From positions 4,024-68,023 of the IMG/VR virus record IMGVR_UViG_3300036859_000689: a DNA stretch of 64,000 bases; one strand, given 5' to 3'. Source of the stretch: a virus. How positions within the stretch are numbered: the first letter of the stretch is position 1; each line of letters starts with the position of its first letter. The notes beneath the pieces are model-generated. The model saw only the letters and a program-made list of their open reading frames with translations, did not search any database and was not told the origin of the DNA. Positions 1 through 8,495 of this stretch are shown here, piece after piece. The translations under genes were made by a program, and so were the position numbers.

Positions 1-2937
1 ATTAAACTCAACGCGCCGATTGATACCGTGCTGGCGGACATGAAGCAGTTTCCGTCCGTCGAGAAATCCGATGGAGCCCGAACGGCGGCGAAGCTCGCGT
101 CGCCGGTCGACACGATCATCGGAAAACTCGAATCGTTGAAGATCGGAAAGCCCGGCATGTTGCAGGCCGGCAATCCGCTGACGGTTGCATGGGACGGAGC
201 GATCGACTTCGCGATTCTCGGCATCCGGACGGGCCGCGCGGTCGCCGACATGGTCAAGATGGCCGTCGAACGGTTCAAATCCGCGTACCCAAAGCATACC
301 CCCGAGGACGTGACGAAACTCGAGGAGGCAATCCATTCCGCCGCCGCCGAACCCGCCGGGCAGGAAAAATCCCGCACAAAGCCGAGCGCGGTTCCGACGA
401 GTCTCAGGGAAGCCGGCGCACCCGTGGAAGACATCCAAGACGATGTCCGGGCGCAAGATCCTCGAAAATCCGAAGCGGCCGACATCGTTGCCCGCGACGG
501 CCGGGTCAACGCCGAGACCATGATCGGCGACACAAAACTTCCTGGCGACACACGCGTCGCGATCGGCGGCAATCTCATCAACGAGCGAATGCTCGCGTTG
601 CAGGAAGCCAAACCGGACCAAGTGCCAAAAATCACCGCGGACATTCAGCGCATCACAGCCGCGCTCCAAAAGGTTGGCACATCGTCGGGTCAAACGAGTT
701 CGATGTTCGGCGGCATCTACAAAGACGTCCGCGTAGCGTCCGCGATGGAGTACGTTGATTCCGTCCGTAAAAAGCAGGACGAACAGTTAGGGCCCGAGGG
801 TCGCAAGGCAGCCGAAGAAGCCGCCGCGGCCATCAATGCCGCCAAAACCGACGCCGAGAAAATCGCCGCGATCGAGAAACTGAAAAAGAAGTTCTCGACC
901 AAGCCGGCGACCCGGATGCTCAACGAATTGCAGCGCATAGAAAAAGTGAAGGAGTTGAACCGCCTCGGCGTCCTCACTGCCGACGACCTGATAAACGTCG
1001 CCGGCAATGCGATCGGCATTCCTGGCATCGACCAAAAGAAGCTCCAGAACCTTGCGCAATTGGCGCACCGGATCGACAACGCGAAGAACCACGCCGAACG
1101 GTCGCGCGCCGAACTGGAGCTGGCCGACATGCTCAACATCTACAAGGGCGTGAACCCAATGGATCTCGAGGCGTCGATCCTGACCCTCAACATCCTTTCC
1201 GGGTACACGACCCAGATGGCGAATCTTGGCGGCAATTTCATGCAGTCGGTGAACATGCTCGGAACGACTGCGATTGTGAACCCAAGGAAGGTTCCGGACA
1301 TTGTCCGCGGAATCCTCGCCGGATTGCCCGAAGGACTCACTCAGGCGCGCGCTATCCTACAAACCGGCCGCGGAACGCGTGATTTCGCCGACAAAACGAT
1401 GATTGCCGGCAGCCCGTTGGAGACAATCGACTACGCGCGCGACTTTGGCACCAACGAAAAGGCTGGCGCCGTACTGACCACGCGGGCGCGCGCTATCTCG
1501 AAAATAAGCCGGTTTATGAAGGCCGCGGACGCGACGTTCTACTATCCGGCCCGCGAGGCCTATGCGCGCCTCGCCACCGCAAAATTGCTGGAGGGTAAGT
1601 ACGAGGGCGCCGAACTGCGGAGGAAGATCGACGAGACCCTGCACGTGACGCCGGCCGCGTTCGAGTCCGCGCGCGCCCAGGCGACGCAGGAAGGTTACGA
1701 GGGCATCGACCTCGCCCGCCGCACCTCCGACATCATCGAGGAGCGCCGCGCGGGCAGTAAGGTCGGTGCCCAAGCGGTCGAACAGTCGGAGAAATTCGCG
1801 TCCGAGGCGACATACACCAACGAGCCTGTAGGGTTCGCGGGCTTCGTCTATCGGTCGCTCGCCAACATGGTCCAACATGGCCGGATGGCCGGGATCCCGG
1901 TGCTGAAACCGTGGATGATGTTCCTTCGCACGCCCGCGAATGTGTTCAACGCCACGATGAATTTCACGCCGTTGGGAGCCATTCGCGCGAAGAAGGGCAT
2001 GCAGGGCGAAACGAACGGCTCGCGCGTGCACTTCACCGCGGACGAGCGGCATCGCATGTACGTGCAGAGCCTCATTGGCACCGCGATGATGGCCGGGGCG
2101 ATTTACCGGATCCTTCACGACAAGGATCTCGACGTTTCGGCCGCCGGGCCCGACGATCCAAACAAGAAGCGGCAATTGCAGGCCTCCGGATGGCTGCCCT
2201 ATGGCGTGAAGCTCGGCAACAAGTGGTATTCGTACCGGGACAGCCCGCTCCTCGTGCCGCTCGCGATCATCGGACACGTCGCCGATTCGGTGAAGTTCCA
2301 GAAATCGAAATCCGACATGATCCTTGAAAACAAGGTGACGGATTCGATCGCGCACGCGCCGCAGATTATTTTCCAGACGTCGATGTTGAGCGGACTCGCC
2401 GACCTCTTCGGAAGTCTCAGCGGCCGGGGCAACGCCGCCGCCAACGCGGGCCGGACGCTAGGCGGCATCCCGGCGAATCTCCTCATTCCGTACAACCGGC
2501 TCCTGCAGCAAATCGATCAGACGTTCGATAATCAGACCTACGACAACGACCCTGTAACCGGATCGGTTCCATTTCTGCGCCGCACCGGGACGCCGCAAAC
2601 CGACGTTCAGGGACGGCCAAATATCTACAACCCGATGGCCCGGTTCGGCTCCGAGGAAAAAAACGACCCGGTCGACATGATTCTCCGCTCGAAAAACATC
2701 TTCATCCCCGAGGTAGGAAAAGACCAAAAACTCGGCAATGGCGTGATGACCGACGAGCAGCGCGATCGCATGCGGCAGTTTTCCGGCCAGCGGATTCGCG
2801 TGCGTCTTCGCGCCAGCATCCCGATACTGCGCACGATGAATCAGGAAAACGCGCAGAAACTTGTGAACAAAATTTCGGAAGAAGAGCGCAATGCTGCGCG
2901 CCGCATGATTTCCATTCGGCCCGCCAGCCCCAAATAA
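1..2937 (+). CDS. C-terminal part of a very large internal virion/DNA-ejection type protein (5' truncated)
   Basis: Frame open from base 1; helical Ala/Lys/Glu-rich; C-terminal region (FLRTPANV, GWLPYGVKLGNKWYSY) resembles large phage ejection proteins; directly upstream of portal. Confidence 0.6.
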   Translation: MKLNAPIDTVLADMKQFPSVEKSDGARTAAKLASPVDTIIGKLESLKIGKPGMLQAGNPLTVAWDGAIDFAILGIRTGRAVADMVKMAVERFKSAYPKHTPEDVTKLEEAIHSAAAEPAGQEKSRTKPSAVPTSLREAGAPVEDIQDDVRAQDPRKSEAADIVARDGRVNAETMIGDTKLPGDTRVAIGGNLINERMLALQEAKPDQVPKITADIQRITAALQKVGTSSGQTSSMFGGIYKDVRVASAMEYVDSVRKKQDEQLGPEGRKAAEEAAAAINAAKTDAEKIAAIEKLKKKFSTKPATRMLNELQRIEKVKELNRLGVLTADDLINVAGNAIGIPGIDQKKLQNLAQLAHRIDNAKNHAERSRAELELADMLNIYKGVNPMDLEASILTLNILSGYTTQMANLGGNFMQSVNMLGTTAIVNPRKVPDIVRGILAGLPEGLTQARAILQTGRGTRDFADKTMIAGSPLETIDYARDFGTNEKAGAVLTTRARAISKISRFMKAADATFYYPAREAYARLATAKLLEGKYEGAELRRKIDETLHVTPAAFESARAQATQEGYEGIDLARRTSDIIEERRAGSKVGAQAVEQSEKFASEATYTNEPVGFAGFVYRSLANMVQHGRMAGIPVLKPWMMFLRTPANVFNATMNFTPLGAIRAKKGMQGETNGSRVHFTADERHRMYVQSLIGTAMMAGAIYRILHDKDLDVSAAGPDDPNKKRQLQASGWLPYGVKLGNKWYSYRDSPLLVPLAIIGHVADSVKFQKSKSDMILENKVTDSIAHAPQIIFQTSMLSGLADLFGSLSGRGNAAANAGRTLGGIPANLLIPYNRLLQQIDQTFDNQTYDNDPVTGSVPFLRRTGTPQTDVQGRPNIYNPMARFGSEEKNDPVDMILRSKNIFIPEVGKDQKLGNGVMTDEQRDRMRQFSGQRIRVRLRASIPILRTMNQENAQKLVNKISEEERNAARRMISIRPASPK

Positions 2938-2946
2938 ACCACTCCT

Positions 2947-5151
2947 ATGTCCGCCTCCCAACAGGTCGATAGTTTCATTCAGCAGACGGAAGCAGCGACA
3001 GCCGATTTGCCGAAGCCTTCGCCGTCTGCTCCCAGAGTTCCGTTTCAGACGAACCTCGTTCTCACAGGCGACCAGGAGAAAAAGATGTTGGATTGGGCGT
3101 TCGCCCAACTCGAGAAGCTGGACAGCGACTCCGGCCGCAAGGCGACAATCCAGCCGACCTGGTGGGCAAACATTGGCGCCGCGCCGCCCCCCGGCTCATT
3201 CGCGGGTCAAGGCCTCTGGACGCCCGATACTCTGATGGGCAAGCGGTGCCGGTTCGAAGCGCAGTTCATGAATGACGTCTCGTGGCGTCCGTCAGTGATG
3301 GGCGGCATTTTCATGACGTCGAATCTGAGCGTGCCGTTGAGCCGCCGGATTTGCCGGCAGATGATTGCTCGAGCGCAAAACCAGTTTTTCGGTTCGGAAC
3401 CGTGGTTTGCTGTCGACCCGGCGCCGGAGCCGTCCTCGGAGATCGACGACGCTCTCGCGGAGAAGATCAATAATTTCTGTCGGTTTAAAGTGAAACGGAG
3501 CGGATCCGTCACAGACAAGAAAGAGGCCATCAAGCAAGCGTTGGTCCTCGGTGAATGCGTAGTGAAAACCAGCTACGTCGTCCGAGATCAGTTGTTCAAT
3601 ACCGAGGCGATGGTTCTGCAAAACATCGACGGAGAAAACCTCGTCGGGGAAGATCAGAACGTCATCACGCAGGACGACGCGACCCAAGAGGATCCGATGA
3701 CCGGCGAGCAGGTTCTCAAACGCGACGGCGTCACGACGCTACCGACCGCGCCGATCTACGTGAAGCAGAACCTCAACCGCCGGCAGGTTCTTTTCGAAGG
3801 CGCGAAGTCCGAGCCGATCTACTACAAAGATTTCCTTTGCAGCATGACGGCGCGCGACGTCCAGACCGCCGAATGCTGCGTGCACATGTACGACAAACCG
3901 GTCGCGTGGTTCGTCGACCTGATCGTCAAACGCGGGATGGTGAACGACACCACGGAGGATCGTCTCGCGGCCGTGCAGAAAATGAGCGCGCTCGTTCAGC
4001 AGCTCAATAGTAACACCCCGAACCCGAAATCGGCTGCAACGCAGGACGCGCGGCCGAACGAGGCTTTCAGCGTCGGCACCGCGGGAATCAGTGGACCCGT
4101 CGCCGAGTTCGCGGAATTCTACATCTGGTTTGACGCAAACGAGGACGGCATCGCTGAGAACATCATGCTGATTGCCGATCGCACGACCAAGATGCCCATC
4201 TTCTACGATCACGTCGCCAACGTGACGACCGATGGCCTCCGTCCGCTGGAGGTTGTTCGCATCAACCCGATCGCGAACCGTTGGTACGGGCAGGGCATCA
4301 TGGAGCTTTTCGAGTCCTACCAAGTGGTCGTCGACCTGATGGTCAACCGGTGGAATTTCTCGCAGAGCCGGTCCGGCCGAATCGATTTCTGGGATCCGAC
4401 GTCGACGCTCGAGGGCGATCGCGACCCGAATCTCAAACTCAACTGGGGCGGCACGTACACGATGAAGCCTGGCCGGAAGATCGAAGAGGTCCTCCAGTCG
4501 GTCTACCTCAACGACACGAAGTTTGAGGCTCTGCAAACGATGACGCAGTTCTTTACCCAGCTCGCGATGAACGAGTCGGGAGTTTCGAACGCGAATGACA
4601 ATTACGTCGCCGGCATGGAGCAGGCGAAGCTCGCCACCGGCATCAAGGAAATCGAAAAATCCGGCGACGAACTTTTCCGTCCGATCATCGGCGACCTGGT
4701 TGGGCCGCTGGAGGCGGTTATCACTCGAGAGGTCGACGTCATTCTCTCGAATGTGAACGCCACCGAGGCCTTCACATTCCTGCGCGGAAACACGATGGGG
4801 ATCGACAAGATCACCCCCGAGGACGTCCGCGGTCTCAAGTTCCTGATCCGGATCGAACTGACGCAGACGAAGAATCAGCAGACCCTTGAAGCCGCTAAGG
4901 CCTGCGCGGACATCGTGGAGCGGTTCTATTCGCTGCCTCCTAACATTCAGATGTACGTCGCGGCGCTCTACAAAAAGCAGCTTCGTGCGCTGGATCCTCA
5001 CCTCAACGCCGAGGAAGTTATCGTCGCCGGCGTCGCGATGGTTCCGCCAGGTGGAGCCGCCAGCGGGGACGGTGCAATTCCGTTCGACGGCGGCGGTGGC
5101 GCAGAAAGCTACCAGGGCGAAGCGCCGCAACCCGCGCAACTTGGGGCATAA
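2947..5151 (+). CDS. Portal protein, podovirus-like
   Basis: 734 aa; portal-like pattern (ALVLGECVVKT, WYGQGIMEL, NESGVS, ATGI), acidic/Gly tail, structural context. Confidence 0.8.
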   Translation: MSASQQVDSFIQQTEAATADLPKPSPSAPRVPFQTNLVLTGDQEKKMLDWAFAQLEKLDSDSGRKATIQPTWWANIGAAPPPGSFAGQGLWTPDTLMGKRCRFEAQFMNDVSWRPSVMGGIFMTSNLSVPLSRRICRQMIARAQNQFFGSEPWFAVDPAPEPSSEIDDALAEKINNFCRFKVKRSGSVTDKKEAIKQALVLGECVVKTSYVVRDQLFNTEAMVLQNIDGENLVGEDQNVITQDDATQEDPMTGEQVLKRDGVTTLPTAPIYVKQNLNRRQVLFEGAKSEPIYYKDFLCSMTARDVQTAECCVHMYDKPVAWFVDLIVKRGMVNDTTEDRLAAVQKMSALVQQLNSNTPNPKSAATQDARPNEAFSVGTAGISGPVAEFAEFYIWFDANEDGIAENIMLIADRTTKMPIFYDHVANVTTDGLRPLEVVRINPIANRWYGQGIMELFESYQVVVDLMVNRWNFSQSRSGRIDFWDPTSTLEGDRDPNLKLNWGGTYTMKPGRKIEEVLQSVYLNDTKFEALQTMTQFFTQLAMNESGVSNANDNYVAGMEQAKLATGIKEIEKSGDELFRPIIGDLVGPLEAVITREVDVILSNVNATEAFTFLRGNTMGIDKITPEDVRGLKFLIRIELTQTKNQQTLEAAKACADIVERFYSLPPNIQMYVAALYKKQLRALDPHLNAEEVIVAGVAMVPPGGAASGDGAIPFDGGGGAESYQGEAPQPAQLGA

Positions 5152-5196
5152 AAAACCCCGGACTTCCCTCGCGGGTCCACCCAGGGCAGCGGCATC
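5150..5196 (-). terminator. Possible intrinsic terminator between convergent genes
   Basis: Imperfect GC stem ending CCGGGG followed by T6 on minus strand. Confidence 0.4.
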
Positions 5197-5225
5197 AGAG
5201 CCGGCGATTAGAATCTAATTAGATT

Positions 5226-5459
5226 CTACTTGGCGTCTTCAACGGGCGTCAGATCGACGTAGAACACCTGACCTGGCTTCACGACGCCCTTGAGCGCCGG
5301 ATTGTCGATGTTCAGCTCCAGCTTTCCGCCCGGCGTGGCCTTGGCGTAGCTGTTGTCTTCCGCGCTGTTCGTGCCGCCCATGACAGGCGACAGACTTACT
5401 TTGTCGGAGTAGTCGGTTGAGACGACCTCGTTGACGCGCATTTTGGCTCTGATCTTCAT
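5226..5459 (-). CDS. Small conserved-type phage hypothetical protein (77 aa)
   Basis: MKIRAKMRV...ATPGGKLELNIDNP...FYVDLTP; ATG 5459 chosen because the longer ORF overlaps the tRNA. Confidence 0.7.
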   Translation of the reverse strand: MKIRAKMRVNEVVSTDYSDKVSLSPVMGGTNSAEDNSYAKATPGGKLELNIDNPALKGVVKPGQVFYVDLTPVEDAK

Positions 5460-5549
5460 TGGCTTTTCGTTTGGTTGCCGGCTCTTGGCCGGATAAGAAT
5501 GCCATAACATCGGCATTGTTACGCGCGAGATAATCTGCGTTTTGGGATC

Positions 5550-5621
5550 CGCAGGATAGTTCAGTGGTAGAACATTCGACTCATAATCGAAAGGCCGTGG
5601 GTTCGAATCCCTCTCCTGCTT
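5550..5621 (+). tRNA. tRNA with CAT anticodon (Met or Ile2)
   Basis: Cloverleaf: acceptor GCAGGA/TCCTGC, D arm GTTC/GAAC, anticodon arm TTCGA-CTCATAA-TCGAA, T loop GGTTCGAATCC; no encoded CCA. Confidence 0.9.
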
Positions 5622-5663
5622 CCTTTGCTTGACTGTTTTTGTGGACAACTCAGAACCGACCCA

Positions 5664-6788
5664 GTGCATACCCTTTCGCTTCCTCGCGCCGTCAAGCTCG
5701 GTCCCAACGATACAGTCGAAGCCGGCGAATGGGTGCTAGGGGACACCAACGCCGCGCAACTTCTCGTCCGAGCCAACGGCGGAAGAATGGAGCCGTTGAT
5801 TTATCGCACGCCCGGTCTCGATCGCAGCGCCGACTACAACGGGAAAAAGATTCTCGTGATGCGCGCTGGCGGGTTCGGTGATTTGATTCTGCTCACGCCC
5901 GTGCTTCGTGAAATCAAACGGCTGTGGCCCGGCTGCCAGTTGCTTGTCTCCACGATGGGCGAGTACGCGCCGGTTCTCCAAGGTCTCGAGTACGTCGACA
6001 AGGTCGTCAATTACCCAATTCCTCGCAGCCTGCTGGACGAGTGTGCCGGCGCCGTCTTTTTGGAGAATGCGGTTGAGGGAAATCCGCGCGCCGAGGAAAT
6101 CCACATGACGGACGTTTTCGCTGAGATCGTCGGCATCGCCGATTTCGAGAACAAGAAACCGGACTACCGGCTGACTCCTCGCGAAAAGGCATGGGCGAGA
6201 GTGTGCTATCAGCGCACGCCGCGGACACCGCGCCTCGGCGTTCAGTATGGCGCCTCATCGTATGCGCGCACGTTCCTGCCGGAGCTCACCCAACAGGTTC
6301 TCGACCCGTTGCACAAAAAAGGGTGGGAAATTTTCATGTTTGGTAAGAAGGGCGAAATTCAGATGAAGGGTCAGGCGGAGCGCATCGTGAACCTTACCGC
6401 CGTGGGGCTGAATTTCCGGCAGAGTTGCGCGGTGCTGGAAACCTGCGACGTCGTGCTCGCGCCAGACAGCGCGTTGGTTCACGTCTCGGCGGCACTGGAC
6501 ATCCCATGCGTGGCGCTCTACGGCCCGTTTCCGTCGCGGCTGCGCATCAAATATTCACCGTCGGTCTACGGCATCGACGGCAAGGGCAAATGTTCGCCGT
6601 GCTTCCATCACGCGTATTTGGACAAGCATTTCCCAGAGGACGGCCCGTGCTTCAAAGCCGGAAACTGCGTCGTGCTTTCCGGGATCCCGGTCGGACGGAT
6701 TACGACTCGGCTCGAGATGCAGGCCCGTCCGCAACCGGCAGAATCCGAGGATCCGTTGGCGGATGGCGTCGTTCCTTTCCGGCAATAA
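5664..6788 (+). CDS. Glycosyltransferase family 9 (heptosyltransferase-like)
   Basis: RAGGFGDLILLTP, APDSALVHVSAALDIPCVALYGP and C-terminal CSPC Cys cluster typical of GT9. Confidence 0.9.
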   Translation: MHTLSLPRAVKLGPNDTVEAGEWVLGDTNAAQLLVRANGGRMEPLIYRTPGLDRSADYNGKKILVMRAGGFGDLILLTPVLREIKRLWPGCQLLVSTMGEYAPVLQGLEYVDKVVNYPIPRSLLDECAGAVFLENAVEGNPRAEEIHMTDVFAEIVGIADFENKKPDYRLTPREKAWARVCYQRTPRTPRLGVQYGASSYARTFLPELTQQVLDPLHKKGWEIFMFGKKGEIQMKGQAERIVNLTAVGLNFRQSCAVLETCDVVLAPDSALVHVSAALDIPCVALYGPFPSRLRIKYSPSVYGIDGKGKCSPCFHHAYLDKHFPEDGPCFKAGNCVVLSGIPVGRITTRLEMQARPQPAESEDPLADGVVPFRQ

Positions 6789-7084
6789 TGGACCAAGACC
6801 TACAGGTTAGCAGAGAACAGGCCTCGCAGGATATTGAGCAGATCAAGCGGCTCCGGGAATTTGCGCCGTTCCATTCCTATTTCATCCGCCGGCTTCGGAT
6901 GAAGCGCGACGCGATCGAGGAACGGTTTCGCACCGAACCGGCCGCGAAGTGTTCGCACGAAGAGCGCGAGATTCTTCGCCGGCTACTCCATGAGTACGAC
7001 ACGGCGATACTCAACATGCTGGAGACTGACGAACGATCGTCGCGCCTCCTGCTGGAAAACAATCCGTTACCGCGGCGGAACTGA
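6788..7084 (+). CDS. Hypothetical protein (98 aa)
   Basis: TAATG coupling to GT9; helical. Confidence 0.65.
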   Translation: MDQDLQVSREQASQDIEQIKRLREFAPFHSYFIRRLRMKRDAIEERFRTEPAAKCSHEEREILRRLLHEYDTAILNMLETDERSSRLLLENNPLPRRN

Positions 7085-7444
7085 AAGCGGGCGCCAGTAA
7101 AGCGCACCGTAGCTAGACGGGATAGGGAATTGGCCCCAAAGCGCCCAACGCTCTTTCCCAACAGCTTCATCTATGACGCGTGTCCGGATTCCGACGACGG
7201 TGAAAAACGGAGCTTTCGCGTCCGCCCCATCGCCAACGCAGACCTGCACTGGTATATCGAAAGGCGGATTTCCGTGGTCGCCGAAGCTAAACCAACCGTT
7301 GCACGGACCCTCGCAGAGATTGAACCAGCGGCCTTCGTTGCTGTTCAGCGTAAGCGGATGCGGAGCGGGCGGTGGCGGCGTTTTTTCGTCCGCGGCTTGA
7401 GGTGAATCTACGGGCTCTTCCGGCTTGCTGACGCGTTTCTTCAT
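7067..7444 (-). CDS. Hypothetical protein
   Basis: Last ORF of leftward block, 7 nt after GT stop. Confidence 0.6.
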   Translation of the reverse strand: MKKRVSKPEEPVDSPQAADEKTPPPPAPHPLTLNSNEGRWFNLCEGPCNGWFSFGDHGNPPFDIPVQVCVGDGADAKAPFFTVVGIRTRVIDEAVGKERWALWGQFPIPSSYGALYWRPLSVPPR

Positions 7445-7451
7445 CCGACCG

Positions 7452-8495
7452 TTAGAACTCTTTCCAAGGCTGTTTGCGAGTTCGAAGGTGGCCGATGGCT
7501 TCGCCGTGCGTTTCGTGAAAGGATCGGATCAGCGTGTATTCATCGGGATTTCCGCCCTTCTTTTTGGACCAAATAACGTGATCGCACGGACAATGTGTGA
7601 TCGCGTTGATGCGCAGGCCAGCCGGCCACCAGCGATTCCAGATGACGAAAAGATCCTCTGTGCCGCCGCCATCGTACCCGTCGAAATTGGCAACCGACAG
7701 AGCCTCTTTGTTCATCAGCGTGCAGCCGAAACCACACCAGTCGCTTGGCACGACGGCCCCGCGTCCGATGCCAGGATACGCGTGGTCAAGCCACCCGCGA
7801 GGGCGCCAGCCGTGCTTGCCGATAACCTGCCAGATGTGGCCGTCCGGTGGACATTCGCGGATCCGCTCCTCCACCTTCTTTTTTCGCTCGAGCCATTCCG
7901 GAGTTGGCTCGGTCGGCTTGGTCGGGTCGGTTTGCTTCGCCTCTTCCTTCAAAGCCTCAATCTCGGCTTTCAGGTCATCCGGTAGCACGCGCTCGTGCTC
8001 GAGGAAATCAGGGGCGATTTGGTTGAACTGGTTGCCGCGACCGCCGAGAAAAAGTTCGTTCGGATACGGGCACGTGCTGATAGAATAAAAGCCCGCGTCG
8101 AACCGCAGCATATCGACCATGCAACGAAGCGCGTTCGCCGGCGGCAGCGTGTCGGAGTCCAGCGACCAACACATGTCGGCATCTTCCTTTCGGGCTGCGG
8201 CAAATGCGGCCGAGCGGAGTTTGCCGATTAAAACCTGGGCCTCCGCCTTGTAGTTCACAGCCTCGGGATTTTCCGAGCCGGCGTTGACATGAACAACGCG
8301 CCAGTCGTTCGGAAGCGTCTCCTTCCAGTGATTCACCGCATCAGTGGTCTTTTTCGATTTATCCCCGGAGATGATCGCGACGCCCGGCTCTTTCCATCCC
8401 GCCGCGGTGAGATTGGCCGAAACACGCGACGCCAGCGTCTTCATCGCAAAGCAATAATTCGCGGTGGCGCAGACGGTGATGACAAGTTTACTCAT
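7452..8495 (-). CDS. GT-A fold (GT2-like) glycosyltransferase
   Basis: DxD motif WSLDSDT, CGFGCTL, GTEDL, C-terminal CDH; ATGA overlap with the Ser/Thr-rich gene. Confidence 0.75.
   Translation of the reverse strand: MSKLVITVCATANYCFAMKTLASRVSANLTAAGWKEPGVAIISGDKSKKTTDAVNHWKETLPNDWRVVHVNAGSENPEAVNYKAEAQVLIGKLRSAAFAAARKEDADMCWSLDSDTLPPANALRCMVDMLRFDAGFYSISTCPYPNELFLGGRGNQFNQIAPDFLEHERVLPDDLKAEIEALKEEAKQTDPTKPTEPTPEWLERKKKVEERIRECPPDGHIWQVIGKHGWRPRGWLDHAYPGIGRGAVVPSDWCGFGCTLMNKEALSVANFDGYDGGGTEDLFVIWNRWWPAGLRINAITHCPCDHVIWSKKKGGNPDEYTLIRSFHETHGEAIGHLRTRKQPWKEF

Noticed and set aside
1357-5139. Long antisense ORFs (1357-2355, 3739-5139; also 14097-15350, 60041-61387, 62192-63265)
   Set aside because: Shadows of GC-rich sense genes with no recognisable motifs
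5150-5208. CTGATG...GAA on minus strand as a hammerhead ribozyme
   Set aside because: Core reads CUGAUGC rather than CUGAUGA and the required stems are missing
5460-5669. N-terminal extension of ORF 5226-5669
   Set aside because: It is the antisense of the tRNA; the plausible start is 5459
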